A stretch of 64,000 bases of DNA from Nanobdellota archaeon (GCA_018830525.1 JAHJSH010000017.1:2688-66687), one strand, 5' to 3'. Numbered from the stretch's first letter, positions 9,945-18,847 are shown. A program made the numbers and translations. The notes: a model not told the origin generated them from the letters alone.

Positions 9945-10724
9945 ATGAAAAAAGAAGGGTTTGATGTAAGGGTTGTTTCTTATGAGCATATCCATAATAT
10001 TCAACCAGAGGATGAAGAGGCAATGATTAAAGCTATAAATCCTAAACCTAAAGAAAAAGTTTTGGATGCTTTTTGTGGTTATGGTGCAGTTGGTAGAAAT
10101 TGTCTGGAAAAAGAGCCGAAAATAGATTTATGGCTTAATGACGAAAGTGAAGTTCAGATTAAAAGAGCTAAGAATAATCTTTCCAAAATTCCAAAAAATC
10201 ACTTTATTTGTAGCGAATTTGAAGAGGCTAATTTTTTGAATTCTTCTTTTGATAAGGTTATTATCAAAATGGGTTTACATGAAGTTCCTAAGAATGAGCA
10301 GTTAATCGTAGCTAAAAAAGTTTTTAGAATTTTAAAGCCAAAAGGCAAGTTTATTGTTTGGGATATTATGTTAACCAAAGAAACTCAATTGTTATGGCAA
10401 GAAATAATCCGTAAAAAAGACGAGTTGTCAGGATTCGATATGCTTGTTAAAGAACGATATTTCTTTAGAGAAGATGAGTTTCTGAGCAATATGAAAAAAG
10501 CGGGATTCAAGAAAATAAAAGAGTTTCGCATTGTTAAGTATAGATTTTCTTCAAGAAAAAGATTAGAACAAGAGTTACATAATGATAAAAAACGTTTAGA
10601 ACAACTTAATGAATTTATTAGAAAGAAATTCCCAGATAACCTAAAGAAAAAATTAAATTATAACGACTTGGGAGATGATGTTCAATTTAATACTATTAAG
10701 AAAATCTTTGTTATGGGAAAGTAA
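9945..10724 (+). CDS. Class I SAM-dependent methyltransferase
   Basis: VLDAFCGYGAVG (motif I) and LKPKGKFIVWD; C-terminal ~110 aa shared with the next ORF. Confidence 0.8.
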   Translation: MKKEGFDVRVVSYEHIHNIQPEDEEAMIKAINPKPKEKVLDAFCGYGAVGRNCLEKEPKIDLWLNDESEVQIKRAKNNLSKIPKNHFICSEFEEANFLNSSFDKVIIKMGLHEVPKNEQLIVAKKVFRILKPKGKFIVWDIMLTKETQLLWQEIIRKKDELSGFDMLVKERYFFREDEFLSNMKKAGFKKIKEFRIVKYRFSSRKRLEQELHNDKKRLEQLNEFIRKKFPDNLKKKLNYNDLGDDVQFNTIKKIFVMGK

Positions 10725-10806
10725 TATTCTATTTAGATAACAGTCTTTTTGTGGTATTTTGTTGCGATGTCGATAAATTTATAACAGCATTAAGAATAAA
10801 TTATAT

Positions 10807-11742
10807 ATGAAAGGAAGAACTTCAGGATTGATTGGGATTTGCTCTCTGATTTTATCTGTAGTGTTTTTATCTAGGAATATAACTGGGTACTCTATTGCAA
10901 ATCTAACTCAAACTTCTTTAAATTTTGCAGGTATTGTCTTTTTCTTGGTTGGCTTATTATGCTCTTTTATTTACATGAAGAGTCCCTATCTTCTGCTTAA
11001 AAGAGACAATGCAAATCTTCATAATATAAGCCAAGTTGATATAAAAAAATTTGTTGATATAGCAGACATAAAAAAAGGGATGTATATTTTAGATGCCATG
11101 TGTGGTAAAAGTGAAATAGGACAAGAGATAGAAAAGATAGACGGAGTCAAACTTTATTTATCAGATAATGCAAAGTTTCAACTAGATGAGGCAAAAAAAG
11201 TTATTAAAAATGCTAAATTTTTTACAGCTTCTGTTCTTGACATGCCTTTTAAAAATAATTATTTTGATAGAGTTTTTATTAAAAGTGGAGTTTACGAAGT
11301 CCCAAAGAAAAATCAGGTTAAATTATACAAAGAAGTTTTAAGAGTCCTTAAACCAAAAGGTTTATTTCTAAATTGGACTTTTTTGTTAAACAAAAATAAT
11401 CAAAAATTCTTCCAAGATATAGTTAGAAATAAAGATAAATCTGCTGGTTTTGAGGATTTATTTAAGAATAGATACTTTATGACTAAAGATGAAGTGTATG
11501 AGGATATTAAAAAGGCAGGGTTTAGGAATATAAAATTTTATGATTTGAATATTTATTATACACTTTCAACAAAAAAATGGTGTGAAGTAGATTTTCAAGG
11601 AGACAAAGCAAAAAAGGTAAAGTTAGGTAATTTTATTATGGAACAAATTGGTGGCAAAGATATAATTGGAATGGAAGTGATTATAGAAAAAGGAGATATT
11701 AAACTTAAAATCCCTGCGTTAATTTCAATAGCAATAAAATAA
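10807..11742 (+). CDS. Class I SAM-dependent methyltransferase paralog with N-terminal TM segments
   Basis: ILDAMCGKSEIG, LKPKGLFLNW, shared KD(E/K)(L/S)(S/A)GF...RYF...KKAGF tail; two hydrophobic helices at the N-terminus. Confidence 0.75.
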   Translation: MKGRTSGLIGICSLILSVVFLSRNITGYSIANLTQTSLNFAGIVFFLVGLLCSFIYMKSPYLLLKRDNANLHNISQVDIKKFVDIADIKKGMYILDAMCGKSEIGQEIEKIDGVKLYLSDNAKFQLDEAKKVIKNAKFFTASVLDMPFKNNYFDRVFIKSGVYEVPKKNQVKLYKEVLRVLKPKGLFLNWTFLLNKNNQKFFQDIVRNKDKSAGFEDLFKNRYFMTKDEVYEDIKKAGFRNIKFYDLNIYYTLSTKKWCEVDFQGDKAKKVKLGNFIMEQIGGKDIIGMEVIIEKGDIKLKIPALISIAIK

Positions 11743-11756
11743 ATCTTATATCAGAA

Positions 11757-12353
11757 TCAATTAGTTTCCGTATTTCTTAAACTTTTTATGTCTCTTGCCA
11801 TATTTTCTTGAAGAAAAGCTAAGGCGGGTTGTTGTGCTCGTAAATATGTATAAAGTCTTTCAGATTCACTTCTTCTGGGGAGTTCTTTAGGAGGTTCTAT
11901 AATTTTTCCTTGCAAAACCTGAAGTCTATATTCGAGTCCTGCTTTAAACATTTCTAATTGTTCTGGCATCAATGGTCTAATATCTGTTCTCTCAAAATGA
12001 TGTTTTGGGTAGCTTCCACTAAAAAATGGGTCGTCTGCAATCATCCTAACTATGCTCTCTGCTTCTTCTTCTGAAATGTCATACGCTAGTTTATTAATTT
12101 GACCATTGCTGATTGTGTAATTTGTAGAATTATTTTTGTGTATCCATCGAGCAACTTCCTGACCAGTTTCATAAAACATTTTATTGTCCCAATTACTGGT
12201 AGAAAATTTATTCTTTGTAAACTTTTTGTCATCTCCACCTAGTTGAAAATTATAATAGCCATCAAAACCTACAAGTATCTCAACAGGACTATCTTTGCCT
12301 GAATTTTGCATTTCTTTAGCAGTTGTTGTTTCATCCATTTTTGAACTTATCAC
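11757..12353 (-). CDS. Hypothetical protein (198 aa)
   Basis: Long ORF with no competing frame; no family recognised. Confidence 0.5.
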   Translation of the reverse strand: MISSKMDETTTAKEMQNSGKDSPVEILVGFDGYYNFQLGGDDKKFTKNKFSTSNWDNKMFYETGQEVARWIHKNNSTNYTISNGQINKLAYDISEEEAESIVRMIADDPFFSGSYPKHHFERTDIRPLMPEQLEMFKAGLEYRLQVLQGKIIEPPKELPRRSESERLYTYLRAQQPALAFLQENMARDIKSLRNTETN

Positions 12354-12416
12354 AGAACTCTTCTTACCCCTAGGCTAATTTAGTAATAGGATGGGGTTTT
12401 TAAGCTTTCCTAACCC

Positions 12417-12457
12417 ACATCGCACAGATTAGCCATAAAAGCTTTATGCGCGGGCCG
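12417..12457. repeat. 41-bp direct repeat, copy 2 (partner 7325-7365)
   Basis: Overlaps the last 11 nt of tRNA-Gly and 30 nt of its downstream flank. Confidence 0.9.
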
Positions 12458-12518
12458 GGAATCGGACCCGGGCCCCAACGTTGGCAACGTCGAATAATAA
12501 CCACTATACTACCCGCGC
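12447..12518 (-). tRNA. tRNA-Gly(GCC), 72 nt, no encoded CCA
   Basis: Hand-folded cloverleaf: acceptor GCGCGGG/CCCGCGC, anticodon arm CGACG-TTGCCAA-CGTTG, T arm CCGGG-TCCGATT-CCCGG (C at position 55 is atypical); TTTATAA box ~27-33 nt upstream. Confidence 0.88.
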
Positions 12519-12520
12519 AT
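12478..12520. repeat. 43-bp perfect direct repeat, copy 1 (copy 2 at 14087-14129), covering the 5' 41 nt of tRNA-Gly
   Basis: ACGTTGGCAACGTCGAATAATAACCACTATACTACCCGCGCAT identical at both sites. Confidence 0.95.
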
Positions 12521-12851
12521 TAAGATTCTATCACTTTAGCGACTTATAAATTTTATTGTCAGGATTGGAAAGTTATGGCGCGCAGATATAAGGTTCCGAA
12601 AGATGAGCTTTTATGGAACAAGATGAAAAAACTATCTATATTTCGGATAGCAAATTGAACGAATTACTTGCTATTGCGAAACGGATAGAAAAATTGACAC
12701 GGGGGAATAGGGTGATTAGGGATTGATAGGGGAAAGAGGTTTTATGATGGTTAGAACTATGTGCATGATTATTTAGGCTTAGTTTTAATCCTTTTAATAC
12801 TTTTTTTATAAAAATAGTTAATTATTTAAACTAAGATATCCTGGGGATTAA

Positions 12852-14009
12852 ATGCCAACAAGATACGATGTATTTGCTAAAATCATTGAAAAATCTCCTT
12901 GTAAACCAAAAGATTTGGGATTTAAAACTCCAGTGTATATACATATCAATTATTTAGAATCTATAGGGTGGATAAAAAAATCTAATCAGGGAATTCTTAC
13001 CCCTATGTTAAATAAAAAAACTACTGAGGCGTTTGAAATTATAAAATGGTCCTTAAAAAATAATGTGAATCTAAATCTCTGGTTCAGTGAAAATTTTAAA
13101 AAAATATTAGAAGTATTAACAAAAAAAAGTCCTAAGATTAATCCAAAACAGCTTTCGGCAAATGCAAGAAATAACATGATAATTGATTTCCTTGTTAAGG
13201 ATCAATTTATCTTAATTTATAAAAAAAGTCCAAAATTAGGGACGTTACTAAATCATAGTATGTTCAATTTTTTAAAGGATTATCACGAACAAAAATTTAA
13301 GATTAATGAAAAATATTTACCTTTCGAAAATATTAGTAAATTGGTGTTAAAAACCAAAAGGAGAGAACTTAATCCATTTGAATTAAAGCTTTTTGAATTC
13401 TTGGCAGGTTCTGCTCAACTTGAGGGGGGAACTGTAACTATTGGAGAGACAGTAGAAATTCTGACAAAAGATGTTTACCCGGATAAACCTGCAAAAGATA
13501 TACAGATGGTTAAAAATCTCAATGAAGCATTTAGATATATTTTAAAACACTTGAATGAAAAGATTACAATGAACCATATTCAGGAGATAAATAAACTGTG
13601 TTTATTCTCCTTACATAGGGGGGCAGGCTTATTTAAAAAAAATCATAATAAAATAGCTGGAAATCCTGATTTTAAAACCGCTCACCCAAAAGAAGTTATA
13701 CCCTTATTACTGAATTTTTGTGAGAAATTTAATTCTATCAAATCAAGAGAAGAAGCATTAAATGAATTAGGATTTATTCACAATGAGTTTCAACATATCC
13801 ACCCATTTTCTGATGGGAATAGTAGGGCTACTCGTCTTATTCTAAATTGGTTTTTAATGAAATTTAAATTACCAATCTTAATTTTAAAGAAAGGTTCCTT
13901 TGAAAAATATATGTCCTTAACCAAAATGTCTAAAATAAGAAATGATAAAGAATTGAAAAATTTCTTGCTTCATATAATTTACCATGAAGAATTAGTTAAA
14001 AATGATTAA
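12852..14009 (+). CDS. fic: Fic/DOC-family protein (putative AMPylase) with N-terminal wHTH-like region
   Basis: HIHPFSDGNSRATRL matches the Fic motif HxFx(D/E)GNxRxxR; paralog at 50162. Confidence 0.85.
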   Translation: MPTRYDVFAKIIEKSPCKPKDLGFKTPVYIHINYLESIGWIKKSNQGILTPMLNKKTTEAFEIIKWSLKNNVNLNLWFSENFKKILEVLTKKSPKINPKQLSANARNNMIIDFLVKDQFILIYKKSPKLGTLLNHSMFNFLKDYHEQKFKINEKYLPFENISKLVLKTKRRELNPFELKLFEFLAGSAQLEGGTVTIGETVEILTKDVYPDKPAKDIQMVKNLNEAFRYILKHLNEKITMNHIQEINKLCLFSLHRGAGLFKKNHNKIAGNPDFKTAHPKEVIPLLLNFCEKFNSIKSREEALNELGFIHNEFQHIHPFSDGNSRATRLILNWFLMKFKLPILILKKGSFEKYMSLTKMSKIRNDKELKNFLLHIIYHEELVKND

Positions 14010-14086
14010 TTTTTATAAATTCTTTATAAAAAAAGTTAATTAATTGATAAACTCTTTTTAAATTTTGAACTGAATTGTTCTCCAGG

Positions 14087-14127
14087 ACGTTGGCAACGTC
14101 GAATAATAACCACTATACTACCCGCGC
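14087..14127 (-). pseudogene. Orphan 5' half of tRNA-Gly(GCC) (nt 1-41)
   Basis: Identical to the 5' 41 nt of the intact gene at 12478-12518; no 3' half follows. Confidence 0.9.
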
Positions 14128-14392
14128 ATGTTTATCTCAAAATTCTTATGTTTAAAAGTTTAATCATAAGATAGATAATTTTAAATAACGTCTTTTTCTA
14201 GTAATTATATGATAAGCTTACGGAGTTATCCCCATCACTTTATGTGAAGATTTTTCTAGTCGTGACTCTATACCCTACCAAATATACAAATTGAATTCGG
14301 CGGGGCATGCTAACAATAAGCTTTTTATATCGGATTCCCAACTAAATAATATGGCTATGAACAACTCAAGAAGTTCAATGGTCAACAATAAT

Positions 14393-14464
14393 GACGGTTG
14401 TAGTTCAATGGTAGAATGTACGGTTGTGGTCCGTGAGACGCGGGTTCGATTCCCGCCTTCCGTC
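14393..14464 (+). tRNA. tRNA-His(GUG) with encoded G-1
   Basis: Anticodon arm TACGG-TTGTGGT-CCGTG, T arm GCGGG-TTCGATT-CCCGC, G-1:C73. Acceptor ACGGTTG/CTTCCGT has two adjacent U:U mismatches (5:68, 6:67). Confidence 0.65.
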
Positions 14465-14465
14465 C

Positions 14466-14570
14466 TTTTGGCGAGAACCGAACAAGTTCAATCCAACTCA
14501 CAATTTGCATTTCGCAAAAATAAAAATAGTGAGATGGTTGCTCAAAGCGAATTGTTCGCACCTCCCGTCC
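14466..14570. repeat. Miniature tRNA-flank module (95 nt) plus 10-nt near-repeat of the tRNA-His 3' end
   Basis: TTTGCATTTCG (14504), CTCAAAGCGAA (14541), hairpin GCGAA-TTG-TTCGC; CCTTCCGTCC (14456) versus CCTCCCGTCC (14561). Confidence 0.6.
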
Positions 14571-14580
14571 TGAGATTAAA

Positions 14581-15774
14581 ATGGTGAAAACTGATAAAGT
14601 AAAGGGCTTTCAGGATTTTGTTGGAGATGAAGCTCTGAAGCGTGCGAAGATTATGAAAATTATTCAGGAGCAGTTTGAACTTTACGGTTTTGAGCCGGCT
14701 GAGACTCCGACGATGGAGTTTGAAGAATTTGTTAAGGGAGATAATCCTAATGATGAAGCGGTACGTGATGTGTTTAAGTTGGAAGATCGGGGTGGGCGGA
14801 AGTTGGCCTTGAGATATGAATTTACTTTTCAATTGAAGAGGATTGCAAAGAACCAGAAGTTGCCGTACAAGAGATTTCAGATTGGTGTTGTCTTTAGAGA
14901 TGAGCCGATTAGGGAGGGGAGAAGCAGACAATTTATCCAGTGTGATGTTGATAGTGTTGGGAGTTCGATAAAAGATGAGGCGGAGATTTTGGCGGTTGTT
15001 GATGGGATTTTTAAGAAGCTTGGGATCTCGGTGAAGGTCTATATTAATAATAGGAAATTGATAAATGAAATTTTGGTTTCAGAGAATATTGCAGAGAGGG
15101 ATAGGGAGCAAGTGATTAGAGAGTTAGATAAATTGGATAAATTGTCTCCAAAGGAAGTTGCAGATACCCTTTCAGGGCACAAGAACCTGCCCGCAGGTAA
15201 TTTGAAAAAGATTGGGGCTGAAAAATTAGTAAAAATTTTTACTGGAAAGGAAAAGGATTTTGTTAAATATAATTTTTATAAGGAAATTAAGGAGTTGAAG
15301 AAATATTGCAAGAGTTATGGGGTTAGTGTTGAGTTTCGGCCTTTTTTGGCGCGGGGACTTTCGTATTATAATGGTTCGGTTTTTGAAGTGTGGTCAAAAG
15401 AATTAAAGGTATCGCTTGCTGGGGGGGGAAGTTACCTTGTAGATAAAGTTCAAGCCAGCGGTATTGCTTTTGGGTTTGAGCCAATTAATTTGTTGGCGAA
15501 GGTGGACGGCGATAAGACCAAGGTTCAGATTATTTCGGTTGGGCAAGATAAGGAAGCGATAGAATTGGCCGGGAAGCTTCGGGGGGCAGGAATTTCTACA
15601 ATTTTACTTTTGGATAAGTCCATTGGAAAGGCCTTGGATTATGCTAATTCAAAAGGTGTTGCAAAGGTTATTTTTGTTGGGGCTGAAGAAGTTAAGAAAG
15701 GAAAGTTTAAGGTTAAGGATATGAAGACTGGGAAAGAAGAATTCTTGGGCGAAGATAAGATTTTGAAGATTTAG
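14581..15774 (+). CDS. hisS: Histidyl-tRNA synthetase
   Basis: Class II motifs: KGFQDFVGDEA, FRDEPIREGRSRQFIQCDVDSVG (motif 2), LAGGGSY (motif 3), C-terminal anticodon-binding domain. Confidence 0.85.
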   Translation: MVKTDKVKGFQDFVGDEALKRAKIMKIIQEQFELYGFEPAETPTMEFEEFVKGDNPNDEAVRDVFKLEDRGGRKLALRYEFTFQLKRIAKNQKLPYKRFQIGVVFRDEPIREGRSRQFIQCDVDSVGSSIKDEAEILAVVDGIFKKLGISVKVYINNRKLINEILVSENIAERDREQVIRELDKLDKLSPKEVADTLSGHKNLPAGNLKKIGAEKLVKIFTGKEKDFVKYNFYKEIKELKKYCKSYGVSVEFRPFLARGLSYYNGSVFEVWSKELKVSLAGGGSYLVDKVQASGIAFGFEPINLLAKVDGDKTKVQIISVGQDKEAIELAGKLRGAGISTILLLDKSIGKALDYANSKGVAKVIFVGAEEVKKGKFKVKDMKTGKEEFLGEDKILKI

Positions 15775-15861
15775 GACCTCTTAGGTGATTCTGGTGAATC
15801 AACCAAGTAGGTCTAGGGAAACCTTTATTAAATTAGATTGAGTATAAAGTTAGAGGTTGAT

Positions 15862-16836
15862 ATGAGAGTAGCTATAAATGGGTTCGGTAGAATCGGGCGA
15901 GTTATCTTTAAGAGAGCGCTTGAGGAAGGGGTAAATATTGTTGCTGTTAATGATAGGTCTAGCGTTGAGACATTAGCTCATCTTTTAAAATACGATACTA
16001 TATATGGAGTATATGATAAGAAAATTGAAGCTGGAAAAGGTTTTATCATGGTGGGCAATAAAAAAATAATTTTTACATCTAATGATAATCCGGAGCAACT
16101 TCCTTGGGAAGAATTAAAGGTTGATGTTGTCGTCGAATGTACCGGGGTGTTTAGGGATCGTGAAGGTGCTTCGAAACATTTGAAGGCGGGTGCTAAGAAG
16201 GTTTTGATTTCTGCTTCGGCTAAGGAACCGGATTTCACAATTGTTCCGGGAGTTAATGATAAGGATTTGAAACCTAGTCATAAAATAATTTCTATGGCAT
16301 CTTGTACAACAAATTGTATTGCTCCAATAATTAAAGTTCTTGATGATAAATTTGGAATTCAGAAAGGTTATTTGACTACAGTTCATGCATACACTAATGA
16401 CCAGGTTATTTTGGATGCGCACCATAAGGACTTTAGAAGAGCTAGGGCTGGAGCGGTGAATATTATTCCTACAACATCCGGTGCTGCTAAGGCTGTTGAA
16501 ACAGTTATTCCTAAATTGAAAGGAAAAATTGATGGAATGGCTTTGAGAGTTCCTGTTGCTTGTGGAAGTATAACTGATTTTGTTTGTACTGTTAAGAAGT
16601 CTGCGACAGTTGAAGCAGTTAACAAGGCGATTAAAGATGCGGCTAAGAATAGACCCAAAGTTTTTGAGTATACTGAAGATGAAATTGTTTCTTCAGATAT
16701 TATCGGTAATCCACATTCGACAATATTTGATTCTAAATTAACTAAGACAAATGGGAATATGATTAAAGTTCTTTCTTGGTATGATAACGAATTCGGATAT
16801 AGTTGCCGGATGGTTGACGTGGTTAAGAGGTTATAA
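15862..16836 (+). CDS. gap: Glyceraldehyde-3-phosphate dehydrogenase, type I (bacterial-like)
   Basis: MRVAINGFGRIGR, ASCTTNC active site, WYDNEFGYS. ATG at 15862 preferred over the track's TTG at 15838. Confidence 0.9.
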   Translation: MRVAINGFGRIGRVIFKRALEEGVNIVAVNDRSSVETLAHLLKYDTIYGVYDKKIEAGKGFIMVGNKKIIFTSNDNPEQLPWEELKVDVVVECTGVFRDREGASKHLKAGAKKVLISASAKEPDFTIVPGVNDKDLKPSHKIISMASCTTNCIAPIIKVLDDKFGIQKGYLTTVHAYTNDQVILDAHHKDFRRARAGAVNIIPTTSGAAKAVETVIPKLKGKIDGMALRVPVACGSITDFVCTVKKSATVEAVNKAIKDAAKNRPKVFEYTEDEIVSSDIIGNPHSTIFDSKLTKTNGNMIKVLSWYDNEFGYSCRMVDVVKRL

Positions 16837-17954
16837 TGAAAACTCTTAGCGATTTTAAATTTAAAAATAAAGTTGTTCTGCTTCGAGCAGATTTGAATTC
16901 TGATATTAAGAACGGCAAGGTTTTATGGAATGAAAGGTTTAGAGAATCGAGTGAGACGATTAAGGAATTGAAAAAGAAAGGGGCAAAAATTATTATTCTT
17001 GCGCATCAAGGTCGTCCAGGGAAAAAAGATTTTATTTCGTTGAAGCAGCATGCTAAGTTGATGGGAATTGAATTTGTCGAAGATATTATTGGAAAGAAGG
17101 CTGAAGATGCTATTACAAATTTAAAAAAAGGTGATGTGATTATTTTAGATAATGTGCGGAAATTGAAAGAAGAATTTAAGCCGGGGAAAAATAAGTTGGT
17201 TGAGTTTTTTATGGGGAAAGTTGATATTTATGTTAATGATGCGTTCTCGGTTTGCCACCGGAAGCAGACTTCAATAGTAAGTTTTCCAAAATATTTTCCT
17301 TCTTGTGCTGGAAGGGTTTTAGAAAAAGAGGTTAAAGCTCTGAAAAAAGTTAATTTGAAAGATTGTTTGTATATTCTTGGGGGTGCTAAGCCGGAAGATA
17401 ATATTAAGCTTCTAGGGAAGAATAAAGTTTTAGCTACCGGGTTTTTCGGACAGCTTTGTTTGATTTCTCAAGGAATTGAATTTGGGGAACATGAAAAGTT
17501 TTTGAGGAAAATGTTGGGGAAAGAATTTGAAGTTGTTAAGAAGTTAAAAAATAAGATGAATAATGTTTTGACTCCGGTTGATTATGCGGTTAAGGCAGCA
17601 GGTCGGCGGGTTGAGCTTTCTCTAGGGGAATTTCCTAGTGGCTTTGCGATTTATGATATTGGTGAGAAGACGATGGACTTATTTGCGAAGGAGATTAAGA
17701 AAGCTAAGGCGATTTATGTTAAGGGTCCATCAGGAGACTGCAGAGAGAGACAATTTTGTAATGGGACGGTTGCGATTTTAGAGGCAGTTTCTAGAGCGAA
17801 AGGATTTAGCTTGATTGGTGGCGGACATCTGAACGATGTAATTGATATTTCTGGAATTCCTAGGAAAAAGTTTGGACATATTAGTTTATCGGGTGGAGCT
17901 TTGTTAAGTTATCTGGCCGGTGAGAAGTTGCTAGGGTTAGAAGCTTTGAAATAA
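16836..17954 (+). CDS. pgk: Phosphoglycerate kinase
   Basis: LLRADLNS, LAHQGRPG, NDAFSVCHR, GGGH..LSGGA motifs; ATGA overlap with gap. Confidence 0.9.
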   Translation: MKTLSDFKFKNKVVLLRADLNSDIKNGKVLWNERFRESSETIKELKKKGAKIIILAHQGRPGKKDFISLKQHAKLMGIEFVEDIIGKKAEDAITNLKKGDVIILDNVRKLKEEFKPGKNKLVEFFMGKVDIYVNDAFSVCHRKQTSIVSFPKYFPSCAGRVLEKEVKALKKVNLKDCLYILGGAKPEDNIKLLGKNKVLATGFFGQLCLISQGIEFGEHEKFLRKMLGKEFEVVKKLKNKMNNVLTPVDYAVKAAGRRVELSLGEFPSGFAIYDIGEKTMDLFAKEIKKAKAIYVKGPSGDCRERQFCNGTVAILEAVSRAKGFSLIGGGHLNDVIDISGIPRKKFGHISLSGGALLSYLAGEKLLGLEALK

Positions 17955-18773
17955 TTTTTGTTTAAAACTCTTACTTATTCCTTCTTTCCAAAATGAAGGT
18001 AGTGGGTTGTTTACAAAACCTCGGAACTTATTTGAATAAATGTGAGTCAGACCTTTATGTTCCTTGAATTTCTCGAAATGTTCTTTTGTTGATTCATATA
18101 TTTTTTGGATTACTTTTCTCTCAAATTCTTTTTGTAGGAGGGATGAAGGTTTTAGCACTAAAAAATCGGCCTGTCGTAAGATATTTATCTCAAGATTTGA
18201 AGAGTTTTGTGATATAAAAAGAATACTTATGTTTTTGTGTCTTGCAATCATTAGTAATTCGCTTAATAATTTATTTGCATTACTCATTGAGCTTCTTGAG
18301 TTGAATAGTATTCCCCCTTCATCTATTAGGACTATTGAATTGTTTTTTATCTCATTTATATTTGAAACGGCGTTTATCCAAGATGGCATTTCTTCTTTTT
18401 GAAATCCAATTGCAAAACAGGTTTTGTTGTGTTTGGCATGAAAATTTTCTAAGAACTTTATTCCAAATGCCGTTTTTCCAGAACCCCGGGCTCCAAGAAT
18501 TAGTCCTATTTGGCTATCAGATCTTGAAACATGATCTATCCAATCAGAATAATCTCCTTCGATTACGTAGAGAATCTTTAATTCTTCATGATTAGACTTA
18601 ACCAAGGCTCTTTTTTGTTTTATCTGAGATTCTTTGGATTTTATAGAGATTTTTTTCCCAAGATTATACGCTCCTCGAAGATAATAATAGGGGAGTTTTA
18701 AAATAAAAGTTAAACTTTTTCCTAAGTATTTTAATAATCTTGACTTATCTCTATTTTTACTCTTTTTGACCAT
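17937..18773 (-). CDS. P-loop NTPase (FtsK/HerA/Zot-like small ATPase), function unknown
   Basis: Walker A GARGSGKT and Walker B IVLIDEGG; 3' end overlaps pgk by 18 nt. Confidence 0.6.
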   Translation of the reverse strand: MVKKSKNRDKSRLLKYLGKSLTFILKLPYYYLRGAYNLGKKISIKSKESQIKQKRALVKSNHEELKILYVIEGDYSDWIDHVSRSDSQIGLILGARGSGKTAFGIKFLENFHAKHNKTCFAIGFQKEEMPSWINAVSNINEIKNNSIVLIDEGGILFNSRSSMSNANKLLSELLMIARHKNISILFISQNSSNLEINILRQADFLVLKPSSLLQKEFERKVIQKIYESTKEHFEKFKEHKGLTHIYSNKFRGFVNNPLPSFWKEGISKSFKQKLFQSF

Positions 18774-18847
18774 ATTTACTAAAAGAGGTTTAGGATTATA
18801 AATTTATGTTTAGAAAAATAGATAAACGCTGATTATTCGTATTTTGT

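Larger units (their letters stand above)
7354..12446. mobile_element. ~5.1-kb integrated element at the tRNA-Gly 3' end (integrase, nuclease-like ORF, two methyltransferases, one hypothetical)
   Basis: Bounded by the 41-bp direct repeats; tyrosine integrase next to one end; abuts the intact tRNA-Gly. Confidence 0.65.
12519..14129. mobile_element. 1.6-kb islet bounded by the duplicated 5' half of tRNA-Gly, carrying a single Fic gene; no integrase
   Basis: Perfect 43-bp direct repeats at both ends. Confidence 0.55.

Noticed and set aside
14291-14587. 98-aa ORF in the track
   Set aside because: It reads straight through tRNA-His and the miniature module. The tRNA fold and the hisS start explain the region.
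14542-14931. 129-aa minus-strand ORF
   Set aside because: Antisense shadow of hisS, whose class II synthetase motifs are unambiguous.
15978-16658. Minus-strand ORFs 15978-16238, 16114-16425 and 16383-16658
   Set aside because: Antisense to gap, which has clear catalytic motifs.
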